Source: Octopus bimaculoides | Lineage: Eukaryota | Assembly (NCBI RefSeq): GCF_001194135.2 | Contig: NC_068981.1 | Location: 65,776,941-65,840,940 of the forward strand | DNA: 64,000 bases | Direction: 5' to 3' | Shown here: in pieces, positions 25,101-39,800 of the stretch | Layout of the letters: each line of letters begins with the position of its first letter | Numbering within the stretch: position 1 is the first letter of the stretch | Program-made: the position numbers and the translations under genes | The notes under the pieces: model-generated | The model's input: only the letters and a program-made list of their open reading frames with translations | The model's database searches: none | What the model was told of the DNA's origin: nothing

Positions 25101-28100
25101 GAAACTACATAGTTGAGGGTCCAGTTCCACTATGTGGAGACTATAATAGATAATGGCCACAAATTGACCAGCGCCTTGAGACTGAAATTTAGTGGACAGA
25201 AACTGGGAAAAGCCCATCATAACACAAATGTATGTGTACATTGGTGTGTGTACATTCCCTTAAGTGCATGTTAATTATAAACATGTTCATACAAACATGC
25301 AAAAGCATGTCCAGTTTACTGTTTGATACACTGGAGGACAATCACCTTGGTTGGAAACAGGTAAAGATTGGTAACAAAGAGGGCATCTAAAGGTAGAATA
25401 ATCAACCTTGACAAAGTCTCGTCTCATCTCATGCAAGCTTAGAAAAGAAGACATTAAAATGATTCAACTTCAACATTTCTTTGTCAATATTTTTTTCTAC
25501 GGCATGTACAATCACACACAATAACAGACAATACTGCAACATCAAAAAATATTGCTAAAACACACTTCTAAAAACAGTGTCCCTTCCATTGTCCAATACT
25601 GGGGGTGGGGGGAATCAACATAATTAGCTGAGATTCAAACCACCAATAAGTGTCATGAAACAATAACTGTTGCATTCCCACTGAATTCACTTTGCCCAAC
25701 TCAAACTGATACATTCCATACAGTAAACAACCTAAAGAGAACAATTCCAGTTTTCCATTCTGCATGTGCATTATATATCTGGATTAAAGGATTGCACTAA
25801 GTCTTAAGTTATTTAAACCAAATGCATAGTATATGTTTCTTTGATTAGGGCTGGCCTGAGGCTAAACTACATTAATCTGATCTCACCACTCTGAACTCTG
25901 TGCATGGACACACACACACGTTAATGAGTATGCATCTTTCATAAGAGAATTCCTTAACATCTAGCAATAGGAACTTCATGAACAGCAGCAAAATAGATAT
26001 TAAAAATCTTGAAAGAACATCCACACAGCACATTTATGAACACTACAGAATCTCTTATATTAGCCAAACTGTTCCCCACAATTTCTCAAATTCAACATAC
26101 AACCAATTAATCTAACTTTTCCTTATAAAGTTGAGTTTGCTTTTTGAAAGGGGTTGGGCTCCACTGTTGCTAACTCTTTACAAAGCACAAACATCCAGGC
26201 TAGACTATTTAAGACAATGCCTCTATATATGCAGACACACGCATACAAACCTACACAAATACACATATCATCCAGGAAATGGTAAATATTTGGTAATACT
26301 TTTCAACAGTTATCTCAGTGAGTTGTGTCCATCAGGTTGATAATCATTATTACAAAAGCTGCTACACCAAATCTGATAAACAGAATTTCTAACTCAATGC
26401 CTCATCACCTATGGCTATAAAAAACATTTCCTCCTTTTATTAACCTGCAGCAATAACCACACAAGTCAGCCCTCATTATCTCTATTCCTACTGCAAAAAC
26501 CTTAAATTCAAAGAAATTAAAAATCCTGTTCATTAATCTATGAGAAAAAGATGAAGGAATTCTTTTTTTAAAGCATTTTCCAAGTATTTCTACAAATATT
26601 TTCAGAGATATTCCACCTGTAATGTAACTTAGAAAAAAAAAAAAAAAAGAAAATCAGCTTGAAGAGTTCATAAAATTTACACCGATATTAGCTAGTAACT
26701 ATGCAACAAAACAAACATAACTAGATAAATAGGTGTGCAATTTATCAAAGATATATCAGCATGAACTTGAGTAGAGTGATAAATCTATAGATAGCTTTTA
26801 AATAAGCTGGTGATAGATAAGTGACTAAAATGCTGAACCTTGTCTTTAAAAAATACTCTCTTAAAGTGTATTATGCTGTGAAATTAGCCTTGGTTTATTT
26901 AATGCAGAGCATCTATTTTGAATCGAAACTGCTGAAAATCCTTTACTGATTTTATATGAGCCTGCTCCAAAACGTATTTTTCTTGAACCTGAATCACCTT
27001 TATCTTGCTAAGCTAGTTACCAGAACACAGTGAAAAAAATGTGATTATATTTGCTGGTGTGTGGAAACTATCACAAAAACTTCAAACAGGTTGGACCAGA
27101 GCTAGTCTTTATTAAATACCTATCATAATAATCAGTAAATACACATTTGTTGACAGCTACTACTAACAAAAGTTTAATCAATCAGTTCTCAGTTATTTTC
27201 TTTAGGACAGAAGCATAATGAAATACATACCAATATAAACACACCTCCAATCATAGCAACAATGATTTCCTACTTTATACATAGGTGAAAAGTTACAAGT
27301 TTGTAATAGATGATTTTAGTTGAATTATTCTTTACTAGTGGGACCCGTGGAAATTCCACAAAATGGAAAAAAATTAAGAGGACCTATTTAAGAAGGAAAG
27401 GATGATCTGCATTTTCATAGCATTCATAGTTTAGCTGTTGTTGTAGTGACCACTAGCCAATAGAATTCAAAGTTCTGGAACTCGCAAGAACGTTCACAAA
27501 GTGTCCCAAAATTTTTGGTTTACGTGTTTATTATAGTCTTGAGTTTTACAGTTAGAACAAACAGACTTCACACATATCTGAAGTACCACTGTGTTTTTTT
27601 CTTTGCAACTAAACGTATTCCAACTTCTACTGTTATCCCACGATTTGTTGCTTTTGACTCAGCATCTTAATTGTGGCCTGATTACTGGTCAAGAATCTGC
27701 ATATTTATTATGGCAAACGCTGTGCCTGACCAGTGCAAGGCTCAAATGTTTTTGACTAATCAATCCATTGCCATTCATAAACAACTAGCGAATCTGGCTA
27801 CTCAACAGAGTCCACCAAAGGATATTAACAAGCTGACAATGGAGGAAATTGCCAGCTTTATGAAGGAACAATTTAATCCAAAACATTTCATTGTGCAAGA
27901 ACGTTTCAAGTTCTGGAGTAACATGCAACGGAAGCAAGTTCAGGGAGTGGGCTAGTCAAGAACATTGACCTCAGTACTCAACTGGTACTTATTTTATCGA
28001 TCCGAAAAGGATGAAAGGTAAAGCAAACTTTGTTGGAATTTGAACCTGGACATAAAGACGGATGAAACGCCACTAAGCATTCTGCCCAGCATAATAATGA

Positions 28101-31100
28101 TTCTACCAGACCAATATTTGACTAACTTTTTTATATATTGATACTGAAAAGATCAAAAAGCAAAGATGACTTCAGCAGGATTTGAGCTCAGAATGTAAAG
28201 CGCAAGATGGAAAGCTGCTAAGCATTTTGCCTGACAAACTAGTGATTCTGATAGATTGCCACCTTAAAAATAGCAACTAAATAATGTCTAATAATAAGGA
28301 TAAAAAATTTTTTTTTAAACCCAAGACAATTACCAATGAAACTAGTTGTCATGAATTCATTTGACTAACTCTTGGTACACAACACTGTCACTATAATGTT
28401 TCCTTACACAAGACAAGATTTTACTTAAAAGTTAACTCAGTTGGGAAATAAACAAATCTATCTAGGATCCTATCATTCTATCAAGAGGAAGATATATATC
28501 ATTTATTTAATGTGCTAAACAAAGTTTATCATTAGTCTTGCAATTCAAAGTAAACTTAAACAAGAACAGAAAGAACCCCACTCATCTGATAGTCTCCTTA
28601 CACTTGACAAAATAAACCCATTTCCTTATTTATTGGCTAAACTTGGAAGGGGCTGTACTGTCAGACTTTACATGCTCTTTAAGATTAGTGAGACTGAGAA
28701 TTTAATTACTAGAGCTGAAAGACTAAATGTTGCAATATGCACCAGTTGACAATGGGCCAACAGTATTTTCAAGTTTTTAACCCCAAGCCAAAATATTTGA
28801 CTTTTTTAAAAAAGAAAAGAATAACATGAAATAGAAACCACAACTATGACAAAATGATAAAAGGGACAAACATAAATATTGAGTGCTAGTTAATTATGCA
28901 GTGCTGTTACTTCTATTGACATTGAAATGTAATAACATGCCACAGTAAAAGGCTGTTGAAAGTTTAAGGTGTCAGCCATGGGACAGAACACAACACTTGA
29001 CCATTTGGTTAAGTTGTCTAATAATCAATTCTATCGCCAGTTACAGTTCTAGAATTTCTTTTATAGTAAATGAAAAATGACAGTTTTATTAGAATAGCAT
29101 CTCAAATAAGTGAAATAAAACTTAAGATTTAGATGCATTTTAAAATTTAATCCCTATTATTTCCCTATAAAGTAGTACAGGGGTTATAAATGAACACAGT
29201 TTTTTGTATGACAATTCACAAATGCATACTACTGTCCCATAATCCTTAATGGGCTTCCATCCTTATATTATGTACTAGCAGAGGCACCCGGCGTTGCTCG
29301 GGAATTAAATTGTTGCTTATATACTTGAAGAAAAAAAAGCAAAATATGCTGCATAGAAATTTGAGGACATTCTGTAGATGGACTCTCAGATGAATGATGG
29401 CTGGGCGCCTCTCATGAATGGGGAAAATTGAAGATGTGCCAAAAAGCCTCATTGGTACTTGGAAACTTTTACGAAAATTAAAATGGGGATTAAATGAAAA
29501 AACTGATTTACGTGAATATCCTCAGAAGAGTAATTGAAATAAATGGCGATTGTGGAACCCCCCCCCCATGCACGCACACACGCGCATACGCACGTGTGTC
29601 TTTGTAAATATGTTTGCATACATTTATGTATGTGTGTGTTTGTAAGAGACAGAGTGTGAGTGAGTGAAGGGGTGTGTGTGTGCGTGTGTATGTGTGTGAG
29701 ACAGAGTGAGAGAGCGGTGTGTATGTAGTATTTACTCTCTCTCTCTCTCTCNNNNNNNNNNNNNNNNNNNNNNNNNNNNNNNNNNNNNNNNNNNNNNNNN
29801 NNNNNNNNNNNNNNNNNNNNNNNNNNNNNNNNNNNNNNNNNNNNNNNNNNNNNNATGTTTGTATACATTTATGTGTGTGTTTGTAAGAGACAGAGTGTGA
29901 GTGAGTGAAGGGGTGTGTGTGTGCGTGTGTATGTGTGTGAGACAGAGTGAGAGAGCGGTGTGTATGTAGTATTTACTCTCTCTCTCTCTCTCTCTCTCTC
30001 ATACACACGAACACACAAAATAGAGAGTGAAGCTTTTTGCGGTTGTTACGTCAATACCGGAAGTTGACATTGAGGAACCTTTTTAAAGAAGTGAATCTTA
30101 AATATAAAGCAATATTATTTATTTTTAATTAAAAAAATCAAATGAAGAGCCTAAGATTTATCCGAGGTCAAATTATTCATGTATTACAAGTATGGAAGCA
30201 TTTGGTGAAGTCGATTTGACGTGAAAAGCGATTACACACACAGTATAGATTAAAAGATAAATCAGATTGGTTGAAAACAGCTTAACTAAGAATTGAACCA
30301 GAGTCAGTTGCTTGGGGAGTTTACTAGCCCATTTCAGTGTTTGCACTTTATATTATCAAAGCTAAAATAATTAGGAATACTTACAATTTTTTCCACTAAA
30401 TCAGTAACAATAACACCAGCATAAGTATCAACAACCAGCTCACACTGAAATAAATATTTTAGAAAAAGCATTCATTAGAATGGTGAAAATAATTTGCATA
30501 ATTTCATATACTCAGAACAAACATAATAGGGACATGAGAACAAGAGTGTCTCATAGCTGTAGCTCAATCTGTTTGAGATAGCCAAAGGTCACATTGAACA
30601 ACAGAGTGCTGATACAAGGCTAAACAACAAAAATAACCAATGAAAATGTCAAGATTAAGAAATAACATTTGCACCACAATAATCTAACAATAAAAGCGAT
30701 CTCCATTTTCAATCAATTGATTTTCCTGCACTACTCAAGCCAAATTTTAAAATAAAATAAATAAATAAAATATTCTCATCTAATTGTTGGGTCAGATTAA
30801 AAAAAAAAATATTGAACACTCTCTGAGTGGTTGGCGTTAGGAAGGGCATCCAGCTGTAGAAACTCTGCCAAATCAGACTGGAGCCTGGTGTTGCCATCCG
30901 GTTTCACCAGTCCTCAGTCAAATCGTCCAACCCATGCTAGCATGGAAAGCGGACGTTAAACGATGATGATGATCTGATGAGGGTTTTTTTTTGTCTTTTT
31001 TACTCCTTTTCTTCAATGAGAACAAGTTATAGATTTGAATCTTTGCATGTTGTTAGACCAATATTACTTTTACATGTGAATGTTTTATTTTCTCAATGTC

Positions 31101-33811
31101 CTTTCAACCCGGATATATCAATTCCATAAGTCAACTATCATACACACAACAATTAAAAAAACTGGGTCAACAGTCCACTACCACCACAGCCATTGTATCA
31201 TAATAAGTGATGATCTGATTCACGCATGTCCATAATAGTGGTTTTAATATCCTTTTACAGGTTTCAGTCATTTGACTGTGGCCATGATGGAGCACCGCCT
31301 TAAAAGGTTTTAGTCAGATATATGCCCCTCACCCCACCCACAGCACTTCTTTGTAAACCTAGTACTTATCCTATTGATTTCTAGTTGAACCGCTAAGTTA
31401 CATGGCATAAACAGACACACACACATATATGATGGACTTCTTTCAGTTTCTGTCAACCAAATCCACTCACAAGGCTTTGGTAAGCTTGAGACTATAGTAG
31501 AAGACACTTGTTCAAGGTGCCAAGCAGTAGAACTGAACCGAGAACCATGTGGTTAGGAAGCAAGCTTCTTACCACACATAAAAATGGAGTCAGAGGTCCA
31601 GTGCTTCAACTTCAGTCTCAGTACAGAATTAATGTATGAGGAAAAAAAAAAAGAAAAAAAAGAAATGCTCATTCAACAATGTGATGCCATCATTTGTATG
31701 TTTTTAGATCTGTTCTTCCATCTTAGGATGGTTTAAACCAGTGATTCTCAACTGGGGTCTATATAAAATTTTTGGGGATCCACACAAAATAATAAATTGG
31801 GGATTCACAATAGTATTTTAAGGGCCCTTGAAAAATGTATTGCAAGAAAAAACTAGGTTTCTTTCTCTAACATTTTACATAGTTCAATCTATACAAACTA
31901 ATGTGTGAAAAACAAAACAGGAATTTTGAAAGAGGTTTCTATAAAACTAGGTTTTAAACACATTAGATGGCTATGGGGGTCTATCAGAATAAAATAGTAA
32001 TCAAAAAGATCCACAGATAAAAAATGGTTGAGAACCCCTGGTTTAAACAAATATATATCATAGACATGTTTTTGCAGCAGGATGCCTTTCTTGTCATTAA
32101 TTTATCTGTTTACCAAGTAAGTGTTCACTTATTCTTCATGTTTTTGACAGCAAAGAACCAGTAGACAATTTCTTGATAGGGAGATGACAATTTGTAATAA
32201 ATGCAACTATCTGTATCTCAGGGATTTTTTTTTTTTTTTTTTGGTTTGAAAAGTGCAAACGTAAACATTTACATACTAGACATGCTTTACAGTTTCTGTC
32301 TTCCAAATTCATTCATAAGACATTAGATGAAATCATACAATGCAAAATAGTAAACTCAAACTGTTTTACAAATTAAAGCACCCACTTACCATTTCTTTAT
32401 ATTGACCAAGGTGGCTACAAACCTCCTTCTTCAAAATGTCTTGCAATTCTTCCTGTTAAATATATAGTAAAACCAAAATAATTTCTAAACACAAAATATA
32501 GAAAAGGATATAATTTACATCTGGAACTATCAACTATATGAATAAGTGTGTGTTTAGTATAAATACAAATTAAAATAAAAAATTTTTATAAAAATGATAC
32601 TTTAAGTTGTATACTAACATTGCTACAGAATTAAGGTGACAAGCTGGCAGAATTTTTATTACACCAAGCAAGATACGTAGCAGTATTTCAACTGTCTTTA
32701 CATTCTGAGTTCAAATTCTACCAAGGTTGATTTTGCCTTTCATCCTTTTGGGGTCAATAAAAATAAGTACCAGTTGAACACTGAAGTTCATTTGACTTCA
32801 AAATTTGAAAACAATATTGCTACAGAAGTAAGGTGGTGAGCCAACACAATAGTTAGTATGCCAGGCAAAATCCTTAGTGACATTTCATCTATGTTCTGAG
32901 TTCAAATTCTGCCGAAGTTGACTTTGCATTTCATCCCTTTGGGGTTGATAAAATAAATACCAGTTGAACACTGGGGTCAATATAACCAACTTACCTTCTC
33001 CCGATATTGCTGGCCTTGTGCCAAAATTTGAAACCAATATTGCTAGCGAACTAAATTTGTAGGAACACTAAACTTGGCATGCGAAGACCTGTTGGGGGCA
33101 AGCGAAAACAAAATCGTGATGGCACCTGTACCAGTAAATCACTAAGAGCACCGTCCGAGCGTGATCGTTGCCAGAGCACCAGCTGTCTGGCTTCTGTGCC
33201 GGTGGCATGTAAATAGCACCATTTGAGCGTGACCGTTACCAACGTCNNNNNNNNNNNNNNNNNNNNNNNNNNNNNNNNNNNNNNNNNNNNNNNNNNNNNN
33301 NNNNNNNNNNNNNNNNNNNNNNNNNNNNNNNNNNNNNNNNNNNNNNNNNNNNNNNNNNNNNNCCATTTCGAGCGTGGCCGTCGCCAGTACCCGCCTGACT
33401 GGTCCTTGTGCCAGTGGCACGTAAAAGCACCCACTACACTCTTGGAGTGGTTGGCATTAGGAAGGGCATCCAGCTGTAGAAACTCTGCCAAATCAGATTG
33501 GAGCCTGGTGTCGCCTCCTGGTCCATCAGTCCTCAGTCAAATCATCCAACCCATGCTAGCATGGAAAGCGGACGTTAAACGACGATGATGATGAGTACTT
33601 TTAAACAGACAAACAATTTTACATATTCTTTTACTTGTTTGTCATTTGACTCTGGCCATGCTGGAGCACCGCCTTTAGTCGAGCAAATTGACCCCAGGAC
33701 ATTCTTTGTAACCCTAGAACATTCTATCAGTCTCTTTTGCCAAACCGCTAAGTTACAGAGACATAAACATACCAGCATCAGTTGTCAAGCAATGTTAGGG
33801 AGCCAAACACA

Positions 33812-33848
<37 letters not shown>

Positions 33849-36800
33849 ACACACACGATGGGCTTCTTTTAGACACTTGCCCAAAGTGCCACGCAGTGGG
33901 ACTGAACCTGGAATCATGTGGTTGGTAAGCAAGCTACTTACCACACAGCCACTCCTGCACCTATATGGCCAGATTTATCAGAAAAGATACTGAATTCAAG
34001 TGAAGGCTAGTGAAAGAATAAACTTAAGAAAGTATCTACTGTAGGTTAAAAAAATCTAGTTTAATTTTAAGACCACATCTGTAAAACTAATATACAACAA
34101 GAAATAGAGTATAGTTATGAATGCTAAGCAGTTGCCAGCTGAAAGTGATCATCAACACCCTTCCTCAAAACTTACTTCAGAAAATTGTGCCATATTTTCT
34201 ACCAAGATAAAAAGGAATTGCAAAGCCATGTGTCCAACTGGAGATGAGAAAAATAAACTAAGAAAAATTAATTTTCAATGACAAGACAAAAATATACCTA
34301 CCGTAGTTGTATTAGCTGTTAGGTCTTTCTTTATCTTGTCCAAGAACATTTTGCAATCTTTACATTCATCCTTGAAAAAGAAAACAAGATAATATGCTCA
34401 AACTGATTTTGACATTTTAAGCACACAAAAATAGAAGACATATGAGCTTATTAAAAAACAGCCTACCTTTAAATTATTATTGTGCACTATGCTTTCCATC
34501 AAGTGAGAAACAGCAGCTTCCTTAGACATTGGGCAGAATGTCAAAAGACTACAGAGGAACTCTGGTGCCTGTTGAAAATAGAAATTATAATTGTAAATCT
34601 CTAGCAATGATTCACAGTAAGAGGCTTTTAATTTTCAACATCTTTTTCTTCATTACACAACCAATGTCCAACTTTGCATAATTTTCTTATTTGCCACTTC
34701 TCGACCAGCATCATTCCGTAAGTAAACATTACCATTGTCAAAGCTACCACATTTGCTGCCCACATCACTTCCAATTCCACACAATGAAATTACCCCACTA
34801 ATCACTCTCCATCTGTCCCATTACTACATACTTTTGCCAAGAGTGAAGACTTTGATCATTTCAACAAAATAATTATTATGGTATCCTTTCCAATAGTCTA
34901 AAACAATTATATAGGGCCAGCTCCTGTCCTGGCCAAATTATCTTTTTCTCTACAAGGATCTGTTTGAAACTATGAAGACATAATAGCCTGATCCATTCCC
35001 CAAAAAGTGAAAAAAGTGTAATATAACTGATTCATCTTTAACCATTTTAATGTGATAAGCAACCACTTCTTTGATTTCTACAAACAAACAGTATTCAAAC
35101 ATACAAACATGGTACAAATACTAGGCTTCACCTCTACAACATTGACAATGCTGTATTCAGAACCAAAAAAATATTTCACTTCTGATCAGTTGATCTTCTC
35201 AAAACTAAAAAAAAAGACCGTGTATGTATGTACTGTCACACAAACACACACATACCTTAAACTTCATCTAAAAGGTGTTTCAGTGATTCTCGTCATTCTT
35301 ATTGCCATCTTATCTCTTAGCAAACACTTTGTCCAATCCCAACCCTCCAGCATTGCAACTTTCTACAATTCTTTCACACTTTTTTTTTTTTAAGATGTTA
35401 ACCTATAGATGTTTTAACTAAATAGCAATCACATCAATCTCACTAGTCTAAGTCAACCAAAAGAGGACATGCACGCTGCTTTTCTTTAATGACTTATGAT
35501 TTAAAATGTTACATATTGCTGAAGTTAATTAAGGCAATCAAAGAAATACATGAAATCAAGTTTAATTACAATACCTAAATAATACCAAAGCTGTAACAGT
35601 TACTGACAACTATTTACTTTCAAACCTGCATAAAAAGCTAGGTTACTGTTATGTGCATATATGAATACGTACCATTAGGTGTACATACATGTGTGTGTAG
35701 TGTGTATGGCTAGGTGCAGGTGTGACTGTGGTTAAGAAGTTTGCTCCCCAACCACATCATTTTGGGTACAGTCTCACTGTGTGGCATCTTGGGCAAGTGC
35801 CTTCTATTATAATTATCTCCCAAATCCACTCGCTAGGCTTGGTTGATGAAAAGCAAAAGAAGCTCATTGTGTGTGTGTACATTTCATGTTTGTGTAATAT
35901 ATAATAGGAAATGCATCCATTATGTAAACCTTCCTCAGTTAAAACGTACGCGCGCGCACGCGTGTGCGTGTGTGTGTGTTTGTGCCCTTGTCTTGACATA
36001 GTATGGTAGTTGCAAGTGAGTGCCGCTGTCATATTTCTGTCATGCAAAAACATGGCTGGTAAAGGGGAAATATTACTCTGCTTGGAGATAAGGGTTGGGT
36101 GGCAGGAAAGGGCATTGGCCCATAGAAAATATTCCACAATAAACTGTGCAAGCCTTGTAAAACACGTAAAATGGCATACTAAAATTATATGTGTGTATAC
36201 TATCAAGTTTACAACATTGGCTTCTTCTCATCCTTGTATTACTCTTATTGCATATCCTTTTTAATTAACATCCCCTTTTCTCACTCATCTGTCTATCACC
36301 TACGTCTTATTCCTCACTATCCACAACAGCACTATGCTGCCTGTGTGACTAAGGATGGTAGTGCTTCCGCTTCGTTCACCATATTAGCTTCCTGTCTAAC
36401 TAAGGACGTTACTGTATCTACCTGGCCCTCTCACCAATATTTCACTTCTTTTTATACTCATCACCCTCACACTTTTGCTCATGTTGAGGCATATGCTCAA
36501 GGGACCTCATCAGATATGCAAGTATCCAATACTCCCTATCTGTACTTCCCATTGGCCTTTTGGTGTCAACATCTACGATTTACCCCTCATTTTTAATCTA
36601 CATCAAGCTCTTACCTACATCCTACAGTGCTAGTACCACAATAAAATCCACCCAGTACACTGTTAAGTATACAACCAAGAGATCCCTTTGGTCTTGCTGA
36701 AGACGTGACAACTTCCTTAATACTGGTGTCACAAAAATTGCACTCAGTACATACAATCAGTGAGGTGGTTGGTGTTAAGGTAATCCAGCCGCAGAAACTA

Positions 36801-39800
36801 AACCAAAAAAAATGAATCTTATGAGAGCAAGATGTGGTTCTCCAACCCATCCAGAAACAAAAAAAAAAAAACAACTGTCCAAACCATGCCACCATAGAAA
36901 GTGGACATGATATTTGCTTACAAGTACTAATAACTGGGACAAAATTAATATGCAAAGACATGCTCCATGCAACAAGAGTAACCTATCCTAGTTAAATCTG
37001 TAACATGGCTTTGATTCCAAGCTAAAACATTTTTACACATTTAGTGTTCTTGGAAAAGAACTTTAATACATTCTAGTTCTCTTTACCTACTAATAAATCC
37101 ATATTTCTAGTCAAAAGGAATCATTATGTCAAGAAGCATCACTAAGATAATTAACATTTCTGTATATGTAAATATTCACTTTTTTATTTTATTTACAATC
37201 TTATACTCATTCTTCCACAGACTACCCAACTGCCAGACCAGGCTACTCAACAAAAACAACTACTGAGCTCCTATGCAAAGTGTCCTTCATGAGATGATAG
37301 CTGTTCAACAGAACTATACAGATGAGCAATCAGCAGTTAGTTTGCAAATGGATTTCAAGGATTCTTCCGTGTTAGATAAATCTAGCTGACACACTTAGCT
37401 TAATACACTCAGACAGACTGAATTCTTACATCTCCAATTCCGTGAGGTCAAAAACTTTTCAAAATTATCTTTGATAAAAATTATTCTTGATCTTTGGTAA
37501 ATTGTCCAAAACATTTATAACCATGATAATTTCTATCAACACAAAACTACATAATTTGAGAGAAGTGTACTTGGCAGCAGAGGGATGAAAGGAAGTGAAA
37601 AGGAGTATCTGAACACAGAATGTAAGTAAATAAAGAAAGGTATTTTGTCTAACAATTAAGTGAATCTATCACCCACCATTGATTGATAAATAAATAAAAT
37701 AATAATACTTACAATATACATACTGAGCTGTTGCATTATAAGAGGAACAAAATCACTCACATATTCCATGCACTGAAAAATGAGATAAGGGTATGAATGT
37801 ATTGCAAAAAACATTTAATAGAAAACCTAAATTTAACTGGTGAAAAGAATGTTTTACTTCTAAATCCAACATTAGGGATAAAATATAAATGGTAAGTAAA
37901 ATTTATTATGCTATAAATGCAAGTAGTTTATTACTACATAATTTACAATAGAAAGCAAGGATACTTACTATCCCTTTAAAAGGTCCAAGATAAGGACAAA
38001 CTTCATCATCAAATACTTTCTCAATGTTGTTCTACAAGAAATAAAAGTTAAAGGAAAAGAATACAATGGTAAATATATCAACAGTCTAAGAGAGACATAC
38101 ATAAGGTATAAGATAATTGTAGAGTTGTACAGGGGTGGAGAAGGAGAAATAATTTGGTAGCATAGTGTGTGCACATGCATGCGTGTGTGCGAGAGAGAGA
38201 GTGCTTGCGCACGAGTGTACATGTGAGTATGCATGCGTGTATGCATGTGCGAGTGTGCATGCACATGTGTGTGCATGTGCGTATGTATGTGTGTGCATGT
38301 ATGTGTGTGTATGAATGTGTGTATGCATGTGTGTGTGTATGCATGTGTGTATGTGCGTGCATGTGCGTGTGTGTTTTTGTGTACACACGTGTCTCCTTGT
38401 CTTGACATCACATGTTCATTATAAACAAGTGTCATCATTATACAAGCAGTAACATTGATTTGCAATCTTGTATGAAGACGTGTCCAGCCTTTTGTGTTTG
38501 AAAGACTAGGAGAAATATCACTAAGCTTGGGAACCAGTGAATGTTGGTGTTATCAGCATTGATAACAAATTCCATCTAACCCATGCAAGCATGGAAAAAA
38601 ATAAATGCTAAAATGATGAAAATAATGATGATGATGATGATGATGAAGAAGAAGCTTGCATCACCTCTTTTTCCACAGAAGGAACTGACTTTAGCACTAC
38701 AAGCTTACAAACTACTTGTCCATTTTACATGGTTGCTGCCGAGGAGTTCAATGATACCAGGTCTGACAACACCAACCTAGTTGAAACTGACCTGTCTAAA
38801 TCATTCATACCTACATTGGGATCTTATTACATACATGATAACTAAGGAAAACGTTCCAGAGTTTCATGTATGGAATATTTAAGTTGCATTTCAAACTCTA
38901 GCATAAATCAAGTTATTTAATTAAGACACTACAAATTTCTTCACTGCTTTATTCTTTTATACTGCTCTCAGCTATTAAACTTCTACCCTGCAAACATTTT
39001 TAGCCAATCATATCCCAGTACTCTTTTACTTTGTTTCAGTCATTTGACTGCGGCCATGCTGGGGCACCGCCTTTAGTCGAGAAAATCGACCTCAGGCCTT
39101 ATTCTTTGTAAGCCTAGTACTTATTCTATCGGTCTCTTTTTGCCGAACCGCTAAGTTACGGGGACGTAAACACACCAGCCTCGGTTGTCAAGCGAAGTTG
39201 GGGGGACAAACACAGACACACGAACATACACATATATATACATATATACGACGGGCTTCTTTCAGTTTCCGTCTACCAAATCCACTCACAAGGCTTCGGT
39301 CGGCCCGAGGCTATAGTAGAAGACACTTGCCCAAGGTGCCACGCAGTGGGACTGAACCTAGAACCATGTGGTTCGTAAGCAAGCTACTTACCACACAGCC
39401 ACTCCTGCGCCTATGATAAGTTTTATTTATAGAGATAATGTATTACATTTAATGCTCAACATTTATGAAGCTAAAATAACTGTTTCAAATTTTGGCATAA
39501 AAACCAGCAATTTTAGAGGGAAAGGGTAAGTTGGCCCCAGTACTCAACTAGTACTTATTTTATAGATCCCCGCAAAAAAAAAAGATGAAAGTTAAAGTTG
39601 ACCTCAGTAGAATTTGAACTTAGAAAGTAAAGCTGGAAAAAATACCACTAAAGACTTTGTCCAGCATGCTACCGATTCTACCAGGCCACTGCCTTATGAA
39701 AATTAAATAATGAAATAAAATACTTACAACAACAACTTTGGATGTCAATCTCTGACGAACATCAGTGAAAAATACTTTGCAATCATTACATATTTTGTCA

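Noticed and set aside
37968-38465. Long His/Thr- or Cys/Val-rich ORFs (also 18485-18919, 29449-29900, 43964-44372, 46869-47151, 51021-51735)
   Set aside because: Translations of microsatellites and N gaps; no coding signal apart from the true 63-nt exon at 37969-38031
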